Positions 27,897 through 39,065 of a stretch of DNA of 64,000 nucleotides are shown piece after piece. Below the pieces are notes generated by a model. It searched no databases. It was not told where the DNA came from and was given only the letters and a program-made list of their open reading frames with translations. The stretch comes from a virus. Its lineage: Duplodnaviria; Heunggongvirae; Uroviricota; Caudoviricetes. Numbering within the stretch: position 1 is the stretch's first letter; each line of letters starts with the position of its first letter. A program made the translations under genes and the position numbers. Location: the IMG/VR virus record IMGVR_UViG_2737471844_000002, positions 1-64,000 of that record; one strand, given 5' to 3'.

Positions 27897-28328
27897 ATGT
27901 CTTACGCCACACCGGAACAGTTCATCAGGGCGTTCAGTGAACGCGAGGCGCGCACACTGACAGATGAAGACATGACGGGATTCATCGACGAAGAAAAGCT
28001 GGCCTCCGCGCTTGCGCGTGCCAGTGCCCAGATTGATGGCTATCTGGTGGGGCGTTACCGGACCCCGTGGCCTGACAGCCCGGGGATTCTGGTGGGTTAC
28101 TGCTGCGATATCGCCCGCTATCACCTGGCGACCGATTACCGTATCAGCTCAGAAGAAATTCAGATGCGCTACCGGGACGCCATCCGCTTTCTGGAGAAAG
28201 TCGCGGCAGGACAAATCAACCTCGGGCGGGATACGTCCGGCAGTGTGATCCAGTCATCGTCACAGGTGCGTATCCGCTCCGGCTCCCGTCAGTTCGGGCG
28301 TGAGTCCACGCGGGGAGGTGCATTCTGA
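27897..28328 (+). CDS. Head-tail joining protein (Mu gp36-like)
   Basis: Position; family assignment from memory. Confidence 0.45.
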   Translation: MSYATPEQFIRAFSEREARTLTDEDMTGFIDEEKLASALARASAQIDGYLVGRYRTPWPDSPGILVGYCCDIARYHLATDYRISSEEIQMRYRDAIRFLEKVAAGQINLGRDTSGSVIQSSSQVRIRSGSRQFGRESTRGGAF

Positions 28329-28381
28329 TTACTGAAATTGAACGGGCGCTGGTTGAGCGTCTGCGTTGTGGTCTGGGGCAT

Positions 28382-28963
28382 ATGGTGCGGGAAGTCCGCA
28401 CCTATGCCGGTGAACTGGATGAAGACCCGGGCCGGATTGTTCGCAGCCTTCCGGCAGCCTGGGTGACGTTCGGTGGTATCGTGAAAACCGAACGCTATTC
28501 CACGTCACGCCGGAAATACATTGCCACCGGACGCTTTGTGGTTGTGGTGGGTGATTACAACACCCGCAGCGAACAGAGCGCCAGACAGGGAGGCACCGTC
28601 CGGGATGAGGTCGGGACAAACCAGCTGGTTGAATCCGTCCGTCGCCTGCTGACCGGTCAGGATTTGGGACTGGAGATTGATTATTTCGAACCCGGGCGGG
28701 TCAGGACGCTGTTTAACACCGGCGTGGCAGAGCGGGCAATGTCCGTGTTTGCCTGTGAGTTCGATACCCGCTGGGTGGAGCACGCGCTGGAGAACGGCAA
28801 ATGGCCGGAGCGTGGCGCAGAAGCGGACCGCCTCTTCAACCGCTACTACGGCAGGCTGTCAGACCCTGCCCCGGATTTACTGCGAATTGGTACGCAATAC
28901 GGTGCAGATATCTGTGGTCTGGATGAATTAAGAGAGCAACAGCATGAACAAAATGAAGGTTAA
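28382..28963 (+). CDS. Head-tail region protein (Mu gp37-like)
   Basis: Position; start uncertain. Confidence 0.45.
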   Translation: MVREVRTYAGELDEDPGRIVRSLPAAWVTFGGIVKTERYSTSRRKYIATGRFVVVVGDYNTRSEQSARQGGTVRDEVGTNQLVESVRRLLTGQDLGLEIDYFEPGRVRTLFNTGVAERAMSVFACEFDTRWVEHALENGKWPERGAEADRLFNRYYGRLSDPAPDLLRIGTQYGADICGLDELREQQHEQNEG

Positions 28964-29186
28964 GGCGGCTCCCGGGGTGAAGTTCCCGATGGAGGATAAC
29001 GCCCGGAAATACATCACCACGGAAGCGGTGACCGTTGAGAACACCGCTTATTACCGGCGCGCCGTTCAGGACGGTGACCTGATTCTGGTGAAAGATGAGC
29101 CTGAAATCACCGTGACGGCTGAACAGGACGCCGTGCAGGTAAAAGCGAAGGCGAAGAGAGAGAAACAGGTGGATTCCGATGAGTGA
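28944..29186 (+). CDS. Small conserved protein before the tail sheath
   Basis: Position. Confidence 0.45.
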   Translation: MNKMKVKAAPGVKFPMEDNARKYITTEAVTVENTAYYRRAVQDGDLILVKDEPEITVTAEQDAVQVKAKAKREKQVDSDE

Positions 29187-30600
29187 AATTCAGTTTGACA
29201 CCATTTCGGGCGGTATCCGTAAGCCCGGTGTGCATTTTGAGTTTAATACCCGGCTGGCCGTTAACACGCTGCCGGGTAATGAACAGCGTGTTCTGGTGAT
29301 TGGCCCGATGCTGTCAGGCGGCACCGCCACGCCCCTGAATGCCGTTTCCGTGTATTCCGAAGACGAAGCGGATTTGTATTTCGGGGCCGGTTCGCTGGCC
29401 GCTGCAATGGCGCGCGCGGCCATTAATGCCAACAGCTATCTGCAACTGGATGTTATCGGTATTGCAGACAGTGGCGCAGGAAAGGCAGCAACCGGCGCGG
29501 TTACCGTCAACGGTACGGCAATCAGCAGCGGAACACTGTCGGTATGGGTTGCCGGTGAGCAGGTTTCGGTGGATGTGGAAACCGGTGATGGACCGTCGAA
29601 AATCATTCCGGCACTGGTGGAAGCAATGACGCATACGCCCTCGCTTCTGGTGACGGGGGAATACAAATCGGAAGCCTCTCAGCTGACGGTGACCACCCGG
29701 ACCAAAGGAGCCTGGGGGAATGACATCACCCTGTCAGCATCCACCACGGCAGGTGGTCTGACCGTGAGCGCCACGCCGATGGCGAACGGTGAAATGGACC
29801 CGGATATTCAGCCCGCACTGGATGCGGTCTTTGCCGCCGGTCACAACATTCTGATTTGTCCGTTCAGTACCACGCCAGCCCTTGCCGCCCTGAAGCAGCA
29901 TCTGGAGAAAACCGGGAACGCGATGGAACAGCGCGGCGCGATTGGCTGTGTGGGCTGGACGGGCAGTCTCGGAAACGGGATCACCCTGGCAGCAGGTGTG
30001 AACAGCGGGCGCGTGTCCGTCCCCTGGTATCGCGGCTCCGTGAAGCTGCCAGCGGTGCTGGCCGCCATCTACGGCGCTGTGATGGCGGGCGAGGAAGACC
30101 CGGCGCGTCCGCTGAACTCGCTGGCACTGTCCGGACTGGATGTGGTCGCCATGTCACAGCGTGAAAGCCGTAACGAGCAGGAAAACGCCCTGCATAACGG
30201 CCTGACGCCGGTTGAGGTTGGCCCGGGTAACACGGTGCAGATTGTGCGTGCGGTCAGTACATACACGGTTAACGCACAGGGCGTGACTGACGTCTCGTTA
30301 CTGGATATCACGTCCATCAGAACGCTGGACTACACCCGCAAGGCGTGTCGCGAGCGCATCAGCCTTCGCTTCCCGCGCGAAAAACTCAGCACCCGCACTA
30401 TCGCCAAAGTGGAAAGCGAACTGTATGACGTGCTGATCAAGCTGGAGGAAGCGGAGATTCTGGAGAACGTGGAAGCGAACAAGGCAAAGCTGCGCGTTCA
30501 GCGAAACGGGAAAGATGCAAACCGTCTCGACTGCGTGGTTCCGGCGGATGTGGTTAACGGCCTGCATGTGTTTGCCGGCCGCATCGACATGATTTTGTAA
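29179..30600 (+). CDS. Tail sheath protein
   Basis: 473 aa, followed by the tube gene; contractile-tail gene order. Confidence 0.8.
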   Translation: MSEIQFDTISGGIRKPGVHFEFNTRLAVNTLPGNEQRVLVIGPMLSGGTATPLNAVSVYSEDEADLYFGAGSLAAAMARAAINANSYLQLDVIGIADSGAGKAATGAVTVNGTAISSGTLSVWVAGEQVSVDVETGDGPSKIIPALVEAMTHTPSLLVTGEYKSEASQLTVTTRTKGAWGNDITLSASTTAGGLTVSATPMANGEMDPDIQPALDAVFAAGHNILICPFSTTPALAALKQHLEKTGNAMEQRGAIGCVGWTGSLGNGITLAAGVNSGRVSVPWYRGSVKLPAVLAAIYGAVMAGEEDPARPLNSLALSGLDVVAMSQRESRNEQENALHNGLTPVEVGPGNTVQIVRAVSTYTVNAQGVTDVSLLDITSIRTLDYTRKACRERISLRFPREKLSTRTIAKVESELYDVLIKLEEAEILENVEANKAKLRVQRNGKDANRLDCVVPADVVNGLHVFAGRIDMIL

Positions 30601-30612
30601 GGAGCGCGGTAA

Positions 30613-30987
30613 ATGTCCATTAAAGAATATGTCGGCTCGATTGTGCTGGAGGTGGACAGCCAGGAAATCGAGATCACCGACTTTGATGTTCAGATCAACA
30701 CCGGGCGAAAGCTGGTCAAGACCATGAACAAAACCGGCAGGGCCAAAGGCTTTGCCCGTGGCATTGCCACTTACGATATTTCTGTTTCGGCGGTTATCCC
30801 TGATACCAACGAGCCGGACTGGGAAAATCTGGAAGGTGTGAAAATCTCAATTTATCCGCTCAGTAACAGCGGTAAGCGCACCTCCTATCTGGACTGCTTT
30901 ACTGTTGAAGTGGGTGAGAAATACACCGTCGACAGTGAAGCGAAAATTGATATCAAAATGGCTGCACTCAGGAAGGTGACGGGATGA
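30613..30987 (+). CDS. Tail tube protein
   Basis: 124 aa directly after the sheath. Confidence 0.7.
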   Translation: MSIKEYVGSIVLEVDSQEIEITDFDVQINTGRKLVKTMNKTGRAKGFARGIATYDISVSAVIPDTNEPDWENLEGVKISIYPLSNSGKRTSYLDCFTVEVGEKYTVDSEAKIDIKMAALRKVTG

Positions 30988-31367
30988 CTTTGATTAATAC
31001 ACAGACCGGCGAGCTGTCTGATGGCGTGGTGTTTAACGGCACCGTTCATAAAAACTTTGAGCTGCGTCTGCCGGTCATGCGTGATAACGGGCAGGCACTG
31101 GAAGAAACTGAAGAACGCTTTCAGACGGTGGATGGCTTCGCGGCGGATTATTACTACCGCTGTGCGGTGATGGCGGCAACGCTGGTCCGTCTGGGGGATA
31201 TTCCGCAGGAAGAACTGACGGCGGAGCTGTTACACGACAACATGACGCCGGACGATTTTAATATTCTGCTGGCATCACGCAACGTCCTGAAGGTAAAGCG
31301 GAACGGCGGGAATCCCGGCTCGCCGGACTCCGGCTCGCAGTCCTCATCCTCGGGCGCTACGGAATAA
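30984..31367 (+). CDS. Tail assembly chaperone (possible frameshift extension to about 31530)
   Basis: Position between the tube and tape-measure genes. Confidence 0.5.
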   Translation: MTLINTQTGELSDGVVFNGTVHKNFELRLPVMRDNGQALEETEERFQTVDGFAADYYYRCAVMAATLVRLGDIPQEELTAELLHDNMTPDDFNILLASRNVLKVKRNGGNPGSPDSGSQSSSSGATE

Positions 31368-31529
31368 CCGAAGAGCAAATCATGACCATGAGCCGTCCCG
31401 AGTTGGACGGCTGGCTTGCCGCCGTTGACAGGCTGAACGGCGGCGGCTCAGGAAGGAAGGACACCTCACAGACCACCCGCCAGTCATTTAAATCCCTCAG
31501 AAAGAAACGCAGAAAAGGTAAGCAGAAAA

Positions 31530-33812
31530 ATGGCCGGTAATTTCAAAGTTGGCATGACCCTGACTGCGAAGGACGAAGCCTCGCAGGTTCTGGAAAAGGG
31601 ACAAAAACAGGTTATCAAAGCCACCGAAGGTGTAACAAAGGCAACCCGGAAGGCAGGCGCAGAGCAGAAGCGTACCGAGCAGGAAAGCATTAACAGCACG
31701 AAAAAGGCCGCAAAAGAGATACAGCGTGCCGCCCGTGCCCGGGAAACGCTCGGTATTCGTGCAGAGCGTGAGATCCGGCGTGAAATTTATCTGACGGTTG
31801 CCAGTTATAACCGTCTGGCCCGCGCCGGTTTTGAATCTGCGCAGGAGCAGGAGCGCGCCATGCAGGCCACCCGGGAAAAAGCCCGGGCACTCAAGCGCGA
31901 ACTGGATGGCGTTACTCAGGCTCAGATGAAGATGGCGAAAACGCCTGTTATCCCTGAACAGGGACGTTTTGCCCGTGCGGCTGCATTTGGCGGGAATGCC
32001 GTGACAATAGGCGGAGGTATCGCGGCAGGTGCTGCCATTATGGCGCAGCCAGTCAAAAAGCAGATGAGCTACGAACGCCAGCTGGCAATGATGGCCAATA
32101 CCGCCTTCAGTGATGGCGGTCTGGAGGGGCGCAGGGCTGGTCTTGAGCAGATGAAAAGCAGCATCCGTAACGCAGTGACCTATGGTGGCGGCACGAAAGA
32201 GGATGCGGCCGAAACGCTGGATGCCCTGCTGAAAGATGGCGGTATTTCATTTGAAACAGCCAGTAAGTGGCTGCCTGAACTGATGAAATACGCCACGGCT
32301 TCTGGTGCATCAGCGACAGACCTGGCTAATGTGATGCTTAAGGGCAAAAAGACGTTTGGATTCAGGGATGAAGATATTTCCACCGTTCTGAATATGGCAA
32401 TTGCAGCGGGCAAAGAAGGCAGCTTTGAGCTGAGCGACATGGCCCGATGGTTATCTTCGCAGCTGGGGTCAGCGTCAGCTGCGGGGATGAGAGGCAAGGA
32501 TGATTTTGTCAAGATTCTGGCACTGAATGAAGCTGCCGCCATCACGGCGGGAAGCAGTGATGAGGCCGGAAATAACGTGTTTAACCTGCTGGCTAAACTG
32601 ACCAGCCACGATATTGAAACAGCGGCAAAGAGCATTGATTACAACGGTAAAGGAATTGATTTTTCCGGCACGCTGGTTCAGGCGCGTGAACATGGACTTG
32701 ATCCGATAGATGCGCTGTCCAGCCTGATAGACAAAATCGTTGCCAGCGATAAACGCTTTCAGGAGTTGCAAAAGAAACTGGCCTCCGCCCGGGATAAGGG
32801 CGAGCAGACAGCTGTTTATGATTCGATGGCAAAACTCCTTGAAGGCTTTGGTGTCGGGAAACTGGTTGCAGACCAACAGGCGTTAAAAGCGTTGCTGGCT
32901 TACCGTAACAACCCGGAATACCGGAAAAAGGTTGAAGACGCGATTAATCAGCAGCGCACCCTGCCGGAAGGCCAGCGCGCGGGTGATGTGGATTTTAACT
33001 TCATATCCGGCCTCAATGACTTTAAAACCGAACAAGCTAAAAACACGTTTGAATTTTCACAAATGGACAGCGTGAAAAAGCTGGCTGATGCGTCCGGTAC
33101 TGTGGCCGATGCCATAAGCTGGGCGGGTGAAAAATTTCCGGGGCTGACCACAGCAGTGGTGGGTGCCACGACCGCCATTGAAGCGATGACCGCAGCGGCT
33201 CTGACATGGGCCGGGATCAAAATCCTGACCGGGGGTAAACCTGGTGGCAAGGCTGGCGAGGTTGTCGGTGATGTCATTGAAAACACGGTCAAAAAAGGCA
33301 AAGGATTTAAAATCCCCGGCATTGCCGGTAGCCTGCTTTCTTTCGGTGGCACCGTTACGGCACTGGCCACCGCAACCAGCCCGGAAGAAGACGCCGCCGT
33401 CGAAGGAAGCGAGGAGCGCTGGAAAAATATACGGGCTAAATATCCTCAGTGGCTGATTGATGCTGCCCGTGAAAAATATCAGCCGTGGTGGCAGTTTGGC
33501 GAAGGTTACTCAACAGAAAACGAGAAATGGATCCAGCAGTATCTTGACGAACTGAAAAAAACCGGGGTTATCGCCGGTGATTCTCTGCCGACACCAGAAC
33601 AAGTCCGACAGCAAGCCGGAATGGCAGCGTCTGAAACGGCATCAAAGCAACCCAGACGCATCACCCAGCCGGAATACCTCACGCACTGGGGACCACCTGC
33701 CAGCCCCATTAATTTCACCACACAACTGGTGCTCGATGGTCAGGTCATAGCGGAGGCAGTGAACAAATACAACCTTCAGGACGGCAACAGAGGCACGGGA
33801 GGAACTTACTGA
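31530..33812 (+). CDS. Tail tape measure protein
   Basis: 760 aa, Ala/Gly-rich and coiled-coil. Confidence 0.8.
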   Translation: MAGNFKVGMTLTAKDEASQVLEKGQKQVIKATEGVTKATRKAGAEQKRTEQESINSTKKAAKEIQRAARARETLGIRAEREIRREIYLTVASYNRLARAGFESAQEQERAMQATREKARALKRELDGVTQAQMKMAKTPVIPEQGRFARAAAFGGNAVTIGGGIAAGAAIMAQPVKKQMSYERQLAMMANTAFSDGGLEGRRAGLEQMKSSIRNAVTYGGGTKEDAAETLDALLKDGGISFETASKWLPELMKYATASGASATDLANVMLKGKKTFGFRDEDISTVLNMAIAAGKEGSFELSDMARWLSSQLGSASAAGMRGKDDFVKILALNEAAAITAGSSDEAGNNVFNLLAKLTSHDIETAAKSIDYNGKGIDFSGTLVQAREHGLDPIDALSSLIDKIVASDKRFQELQKKLASARDKGEQTAVYDSMAKLLEGFGVGKLVADQQALKALLAYRNNPEYRKKVEDAINQQRTLPEGQRAGDVDFNFISGLNDFKTEQAKNTFEFSQMDSVKKLADASGTVADAISWAGEKFPGLTTAVVGATTAIEAMTAAALTWAGIKILTGGKPGGKAGEVVGDVIENTVKKGKGFKIPGIAGSLLSFGGTVTALATATSPEEDAAVEGSEERWKNIRAKYPQWLIDAAREKYQPWWQFGEGYSTENEKWIQQYLDELKKTGVIAGDSLPTPEQVRQQAGMAASETASKQPRRITQPEYLTHWGPPASPINFTTQLVLDGQVIAEAVNKYNLQDGNRGTGGTY

Positions 33813-35161
33813 TGGGCTGGGCTGAAAACCTGCAAAACGCCTCCTTTCGTGGCGTGCAGTTTGATGTGCTGAACACGGATGAACAAATCAGCCGCGACCA
33901 TGCGGTCTATGAATACCCGTTTGTTGACGGGGCGGATTTGCACGACCTCGGACGCAAGGCGCGACCGTTCCGCATGACGGCGTTCCTGTGGGGAGAGTAT
34001 TACGAATATAAACTTGAAAAGCTGATCGCCGCCCTGGACGAAGGCGGTGCTGGTGAGCTGATTCACCCGGTTTATGGCTCCGTACCATCGGTGATTGTGA
34101 CCGGCTACAGTATTCGCCATGACGCAGAAAGCCCGGACAGCTGCACCATCGACATGAGTTTTCTGGAGAACCGCACCGGCAGCGCGTTGTTCAGCACCCC
34201 GTTACCGGAGCTGTTTGCACAGCAGTTATTTGAAGAACTGGATAAGTTACTGGCACAGTTAAGCGAATTATTTGACGCTGTTACGGCCCCATTAAAGACC
34301 ATTAACAGCGTGATTAAAAAAATCCAGACGGTACGCGCCACGCTGGTGAATACCCTGCTGACGTTCAAAAGCGATTTTCTCTCATCCATCGACAATATGA
34401 TGTCGCTGGCCAGCGAACCAGGAAAGTTCATCGGCGGGCTGGCAGAGGTGCTGGAAATCCACACGTCAGATGTCGGGCACGCGGTGCCGGTGCTGGAGCG
34501 TACTGATTCCGCCACCACGACCGGACTGACCGGGGAAGACAGCGTCGCCAGTTCTGCGACAGTGATGACCTGCTGGAATGAGGTGATGGCAGATATGGAT
34601 GAGCTGGTCGCGCTGCCGGTCGCACTGGTCAGCGGTGATAAAACGCCGTCTGTGGCACTTCCGCCGGATGCGTCCGTGGAAGACGTGCAGGACGTGAAAG
34701 CGGCTTATGCGGTTTTGGCAGCCTCAGAGCTGGCCAGCGTGGCGACGGCGATACTGTCAGATGAGGCCCAGTCAGAGCCGCTTATACCGGCGGATATCGG
34801 GCGACTGGTCGGGGATGTGCGCACCCGCTTACAAGCAGCCATCACGCTGTTCCGTGAACGCTATGAAGGCGAACGCGAACGGATAACCGAAACCGCATCA
34901 CCGCTGGGGCTGATGTACCCGGAAATCATTCAGAGCATGAAGAACGTGGCGGCATCCGTGCAGGATGTCGGCCTGCTGGTTCTGTCTCGCCGCCCACCAC
35001 TGACGCAGAAACAGGTGCAGGCGGACAGTTGCCTGCTGTTGCTGGCGTGGCAGTGGTACGGTGATTACAGCCGTGCGGCAGAGCTGCAACGTCTGAACCC
35101 GCAGCTGCGTGACCCGAACAACATAACTGCCGGGATGGTGATTAATGCCTATGCAAAATAA
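33812..35161 (+). CDS. DNA circularisation protein (Mu N-like)
   Basis: Position after the tape measure. Confidence 0.65.
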   Translation: MGWAENLQNASFRGVQFDVLNTDEQISRDHAVYEYPFVDGADLHDLGRKARPFRMTAFLWGEYYEYKLEKLIAALDEGGAGELIHPVYGSVPSVIVTGYSIRHDAESPDSCTIDMSFLENRTGSALFSTPLPELFAQQLFEELDKLLAQLSELFDAVTAPLKTINSVIKKIQTVRATLVNTLLTFKSDFLSSIDNMMSLASEPGKFIGGLAEVLEIHTSDVGHAVPVLERTDSATTTGLTGEDSVASSATVMTCWNEVMADMDELVALPVALVSGDKTPSVALPPDASVEDVQDVKAAYAVLAASELASVATAILSDEAQSEPLIPADIGRLVGDVRTRLQAAITLFRERYEGERERITETASPLGLMYPEIIQSMKNVAASVQDVGLLVLSRRPPLTQKQVQADSCLLLLAWQWYGDYSRAAELQRLNPQLRDPNNITAGMVINAYAK

Positions 35162-36356
35162 CGATGACAAAATCAGCCTGGTCATTGCCGGAAGGTCGCA
35201 TTCTGACTGGAGCAGTTATCGTATTGACAGCGATTTCCTGAAAGCCGCCGACGGCTGGCAGCTTCAGCTGGGACTGCCTGAAAAGGTGTTCCCGGCGGAT
35301 ATCGTCCGGGGTGCGCCGGTCCGTTTGCAGGTGGGAGACGAGACGGTCCTCAGTGGTCGCGTGGACAGCGTGCGCCGCAGTGTATCCCGTCAGAGCTGCA
35401 CGCTGACCCTGTCCGGGCGTGATGATGCCGCCATCCTGGTGGACTGTGCCGCACCGGTGTTCAGCGCCAATCAGCTGACGCTGGACGAGGTCATCGACAG
35501 GATTGTCAGACCGCTGGGGATACAGCGCATCCGTATTCAGGCGTCCGGTGTGTCACGTAATGACAAGGTCGTTATAGAGCCGGGGATGCGTGCGTGGGAT
35601 GCACTGGCTAAAGCTGCCGCCGGTCGCGGCTTATGGCCGTGGTTTGAGCCTGACGGTACGCTGGTTGTGGGTGGCCCTGACTACACCACCACGCCGGTGG
35701 ATACACTGATTATGAAGCTGGACGGCACCGGGAACAACTTGATGGAGCTGGACGATACCCGGTCCATTAACGGCTGTTTCTCCGAGCTGACGGTGCTGGC
35801 CCAGAGCCACGCCCGCCGCGCAGACAGCAAGAAACAGGTGGCCGTGGTGCCGCTGGATATCTGGAACGAGGACGGCAGCGTGCGCACATTATCCGGGCAG
35901 GACAGCGGTAATACAGGCAGTGGTCAGACAGGCATTCATAACATGAAAGCCGTGGCCACCGACCCCACCGTGGATTATTACCGCCCGCAGATAATCACCC
36001 AGGGCGACACCAGTAACATGGAGCAGGTGAACTGGCGCGCAAAAAAAATGATGAGTGATGCCCGCCTGTCGGGGCTGGATATCGTCGCACTGGTTGCAGG
36101 CCATCGCACGGCGGATGGTGTCCTGTGGCAGCCCGGCCAGCGTGTGCGGATTGTCAGCGAACCCCACGGCATCGATGCCATTTTTTTTCTGATGGGCCGC
36201 GAGTTCAGCGGAGGCCGGAGCGGGCAGACAACCCGGCTCCGCTTTAAGGAGGATGGCGTGTGGATACCTGATGCCTTCCCGCGCGAGAAGAAACGCCATC
36301 ACCGCAGGGGCAAAAAGAAAAAAGAGGTCGCCATTGTTAAGGTCTGGGAGAAATGA
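35145..36356 (+). CDS. Baseplate hub protein (Mu P / P2 D-like)
   Basis: Position and size. Confidence 0.65.
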   Translation: MPMQNNDDKISLVIAGRSHSDWSSYRIDSDFLKAADGWQLQLGLPEKVFPADIVRGAPVRLQVGDETVLSGRVDSVRRSVSRQSCTLTLSGRDDAAILVDCAAPVFSANQLTLDEVIDRIVRPLGIQRIRIQASGVSRNDKVVIEPGMRAWDALAKAAAGRGLWPWFEPDGTLVVGGPDYTTTPVDTLIMKLDGTGNNLMELDDTRSINGCFSELTVLAQSHARRADSKKQVAVVPLDIWNEDGSVRTLSGQDSGNTGSGQTGIHNMKAVATDPTVDYYRPQIITQGDTSNMEQVNWRAKKMMSDARLSGLDIVALVAGHRTADGVLWQPGQRVRIVSEPHGIDAIFFLMGREFSGGRSGQTTRLRFKEDGVWIPDAFPREKKRHHRRGKKKKEVAIVKVWEK

Positions 36357-37006
36357 TGTGGGACAAGGTTAATCAGCGCATACAGCAGGCACTGGCCGCC
36401 GTTCGCCAGGCATTCAGGGTGGTGACCGGTACGGTGGACAGTTCGACCAAAGTACAGCTACTTCAGCTGAACGGGCTGGCAGGCGAACAGCTGGACGGTG
36501 CGGAGTATTTTCAGCATTACGGCCTCACCACATCCCCGCCGCCCGGCTCGATGGGTATTGCCGTTCCGCTGAATGGTAATACCTCCCATACCGTCGTCGT
36601 GGCCACAGAGCACGGCGCATATCGCCTGACGGAACTGAAACCCGGCGAGGTGGCGCTGTATACCGACGAAGGCGCGAAAATCGTACTGAAGCGCGGGCGG
36701 GTTATTGAGCATGAATGTGATGTTTATCGCGTGAAATGCAAACGCTATGAGGTTGAGGCAGAGGAGAACGCCGCATTCACGACACCGTTACTGACAGTCA
36801 GCGATAAGCTGACTGTGGAAGGTAAAATCACCGGCAACGGTGGCATGGCCATCCGTGGAGGCAAGAAATACGCTGCCACCTTTGAAGGCAATATCAACCA
36901 TGTGGGCGGTGTGATTACCTCCGTTGACGTCACCATTAATGGCGTTAAAATCGGAACACACAAACACGATACCCCTCACGGCATATCCGGCCTGCCGCAT
37001 AATTAA
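36353..37006 (+). CDS. Baseplate spike protein (V-like)
   Basis: Position; resembles the P2-like V protein at 59666..60247 in its C-terminal part. Confidence 0.6.
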   Translation: MMWDKVNQRIQQALAAVRQAFRVVTGTVDSSTKVQLLQLNGLAGEQLDGAEYFQHYGLTTSPPPGSMGIAVPLNGNTSHTVVVATEHGAYRLTELKPGEVALYTDEGAKIVLKRGRVIEHECDVYRVKCKRYEVEAEENAAFTTPLLTVSDKLTVEGKITGNGGMAIRGGKKYAATFEGNINHVGGVITSVDVTINGVKIGTHKHDTPHGISGLPHN

Positions 37007-37059
37007 GTGCTGAACACCCTCACCTGATTCTGACCTGTCCATGCTGCCAGACTGGCGGC

Positions 37060-37410
37060 ATGGACCAGACGATTTCACCTGCAACCGGCGACTACGAACG
37101 CCGCCGGATTTACACACTCCATAACGCGGTTTATCTGCGACTGGCGACACCGCTTGGCAGTTACTGGGCGGATGCGTCGCTGGGGTCACGCCTGCACGAG
37201 CTGAAGCGGGAAAAAGACGTTCCCCGTGTTCACAGACTGGCGGCGCAGTATGCCAGCCAGGCACTTCAGCCACTGCTCGATGACGGGCGGGCAAAATCCA
37301 TTACCGTTGACACGAAAGCGGGCCAGCGCGGCTGGCTGTTGCTGTTAATCACCGTCACGGATAACGCGGGCACACCGCAGACGTTTGAACACCCTGTGAG
37401 GATTATGTAA
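37060..37410 (+). CDS. Baseplate wedge protein (W / gp25-like)
   Basis: Position and size. Confidence 0.55.
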   Translation: MDQTISPATGDYERRRIYTLHNAVYLRLATPLGSYWADASLGSRLHELKREKDVPRVHRLAAQYASQALQPLLDDGRAKSITVDTKAGQRGWLLLLITVTDNAGTPQTFEHPVRIM

Positions 37411-38489
37411 TGCCGTTTCCTGTTCCGGGCGTTGCTGAAAACACAGAACGCCAGCTACGTGATATCGCTAACGCCCTGCCGGGAGAAACCATAGACACCG
37501 GCGCTGACAGCGATTACCGCATTCGTGCAAATGCTGTATCCGGCGTGGCGGAGGGGCTTTTTATGCATCAGGGATGGATCCTCCGTCAGGTGTTTCCTGA
37601 CACGGCAGACCCTGAATATCTGGAGCTGCACTGTCGCACGCGCAATGTTTTTCGTAAAAAAGCAACGGCCTCATCCGGTCCGGTGGTGATTACCGGCACA
37701 CCCGGTAAGACGCTGCCAGCCGGTGCGGAAATTCGTGGTGAAGGTGTCAGCGTGGCCACCACAGCAGACTGCACCATCGGTGATGAAGGCAGCGCAGAGG
37801 TGACGGTAAAAAGCACCGCTACGGGGGCACAGACGAACGCATCCGCGACGCAGACGGCAACGCTGGTCAGTCCGCCGGAAGGCATCAACAGCACGGTGAC
37901 GATTAAATCCCTGACCGGCGGAACGGACAGGGAAAGCGACGCTGACCTGCTGGCGCGTTATCTGGATATTCTGCGCAGGCCGCCCGCTGGCGGTAATAAA
38001 TATGATTACAAACGCTGGGCGCTGGAGGTGGATGGCGTTACGTCTGCATATGTGGAGCCATTGCGCAGAGGGAAAGGTACTGTTGATGTGGCCATTACGT
38101 CAGCCAATGACATCCCCTCGCAGGAACTGATTAATGCCGTGCTGGCACATATTGAGGAAGTCCGCCCGGTGACAGCGAAGGACACGATGGTACTGGCTCC
38201 GACGAAAAAAGCCGTTGATTTCGTTGTCCGGGTAAAAACCAGCGGCCTGACCGTTGAGCAGATAAAACCGCAGATAACTGGCGTTATCACGGATTTCATG
38301 AACCGACTGGCGCCGGGGCAGGAATTAATTATTTCACAACTGGAAACCCAGATTTCACTCATTTCCGGTGTGAGTGACAGAAAAATAATCACGCCTGACG
38401 GGAATGTAAAAGCCGTGATTAATGCGTCAACGTGGGAATGGTTGCGTCCGGGGGATATTGATATTCAGCCATTTCCCCGGGAGGGTTAA
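37410..38489 (+). CDS. Baseplate J-like protein
   Basis: Position and size. Confidence 0.7.
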   Translation: MPFPVPGVAENTERQLRDIANALPGETIDTGADSDYRIRANAVSGVAEGLFMHQGWILRQVFPDTADPEYLELHCRTRNVFRKKATASSGPVVITGTPGKTLPAGAEIRGEGVSVATTADCTIGDEGSAEVTVKSTATGAQTNASATQTATLVSPPEGINSTVTIKSLTGGTDRESDADLLARYLDILRRPPAGGNKYDYKRWALEVDGVTSAYVEPLRRGKGTVDVAITSANDIPSQELINAVLAHIEEVRPVTAKDTMVLAPTKKAVDFVVRVKTSGLTVEQIKPQITGVITDFMNRLAPGQELIISQLETQISLISGVSDRKIITPDGNVKAVINASTWEWLRPGDIDIQPFPREG

Positions 38490-38492
38490 TTC

Positions 38493-39065
38493 GTGAATAC
38501 AGTCGATTTATTCCGCGCCATGCTGCCGCCGGTCAGTTATGACCTGAACGGGAAATATATTTCCGCGGAGCTGACAGCCGAGGCTAACGTCATGGAGGCC
38601 GTGAAGGCCTCAGCGGCGCGCGTTCTGGCACAAATCACCCCGTTGCAGGCATCGATGACGCTGTCCGACTGGGAGCGCGTGTACGGTGTTGTCCCCCGTG
38701 AAGGGGCAACCCAACAGGAGCGGCGGCAGAACATCCTGGTAAAAATGGCGGCAACGGGCGGGCTGTCCATTCCCTATTTTAAAAATCTGGCCGCAAGCCT
38801 GGGATACACCATAACGATAACCGAACCACGAGCCTTTCGCACCGGGGTAAATCGTTGCGGTGACCGTCTGTTTATCCCTGAAATGCGCTGGGTATGGCAG
38901 GTCAATGTTATTGGTGCAAAAACGCCGGTATACCGTTTCAGAACGGGCGCATCTGCAACAGGTGAGCCGCTGACGGCCTTTGGTGAATCCATTTTAGAAA
39001 ATACCTTTAAAGACCTTAAACCGGCTTTTACAGACTGTTATTTCACGTATGAGGATAAGCAGTAA
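38493..39065 (+). CDS. Tail protein I-like
   Basis: Position and size. Confidence 0.6.
   Translation: MNTVDLFRAMLPPVSYDLNGKYISAELTAEANVMEAVKASAARVLAQITPLQASMTLSDWERVYGVVPREGATQQERRQNILVKMAATGGLSIPYFKNLAASLGYTITITEPRAFRTGVNRCGDRLFIPEMRWVWQVNVIGAKTPVYRFRTGASATGEPLTAFGESILENTFKDLKPAFTDCYFTYEDKQ

Noticed and set aside
26973-28124. 383-aa minus-strand ORF
   Set aside because: Antisense to the major head and downstream head genes; the product is Arg/Gly/His-rich low-complexity, typical of antisense frames in GC-rich coding DNA.
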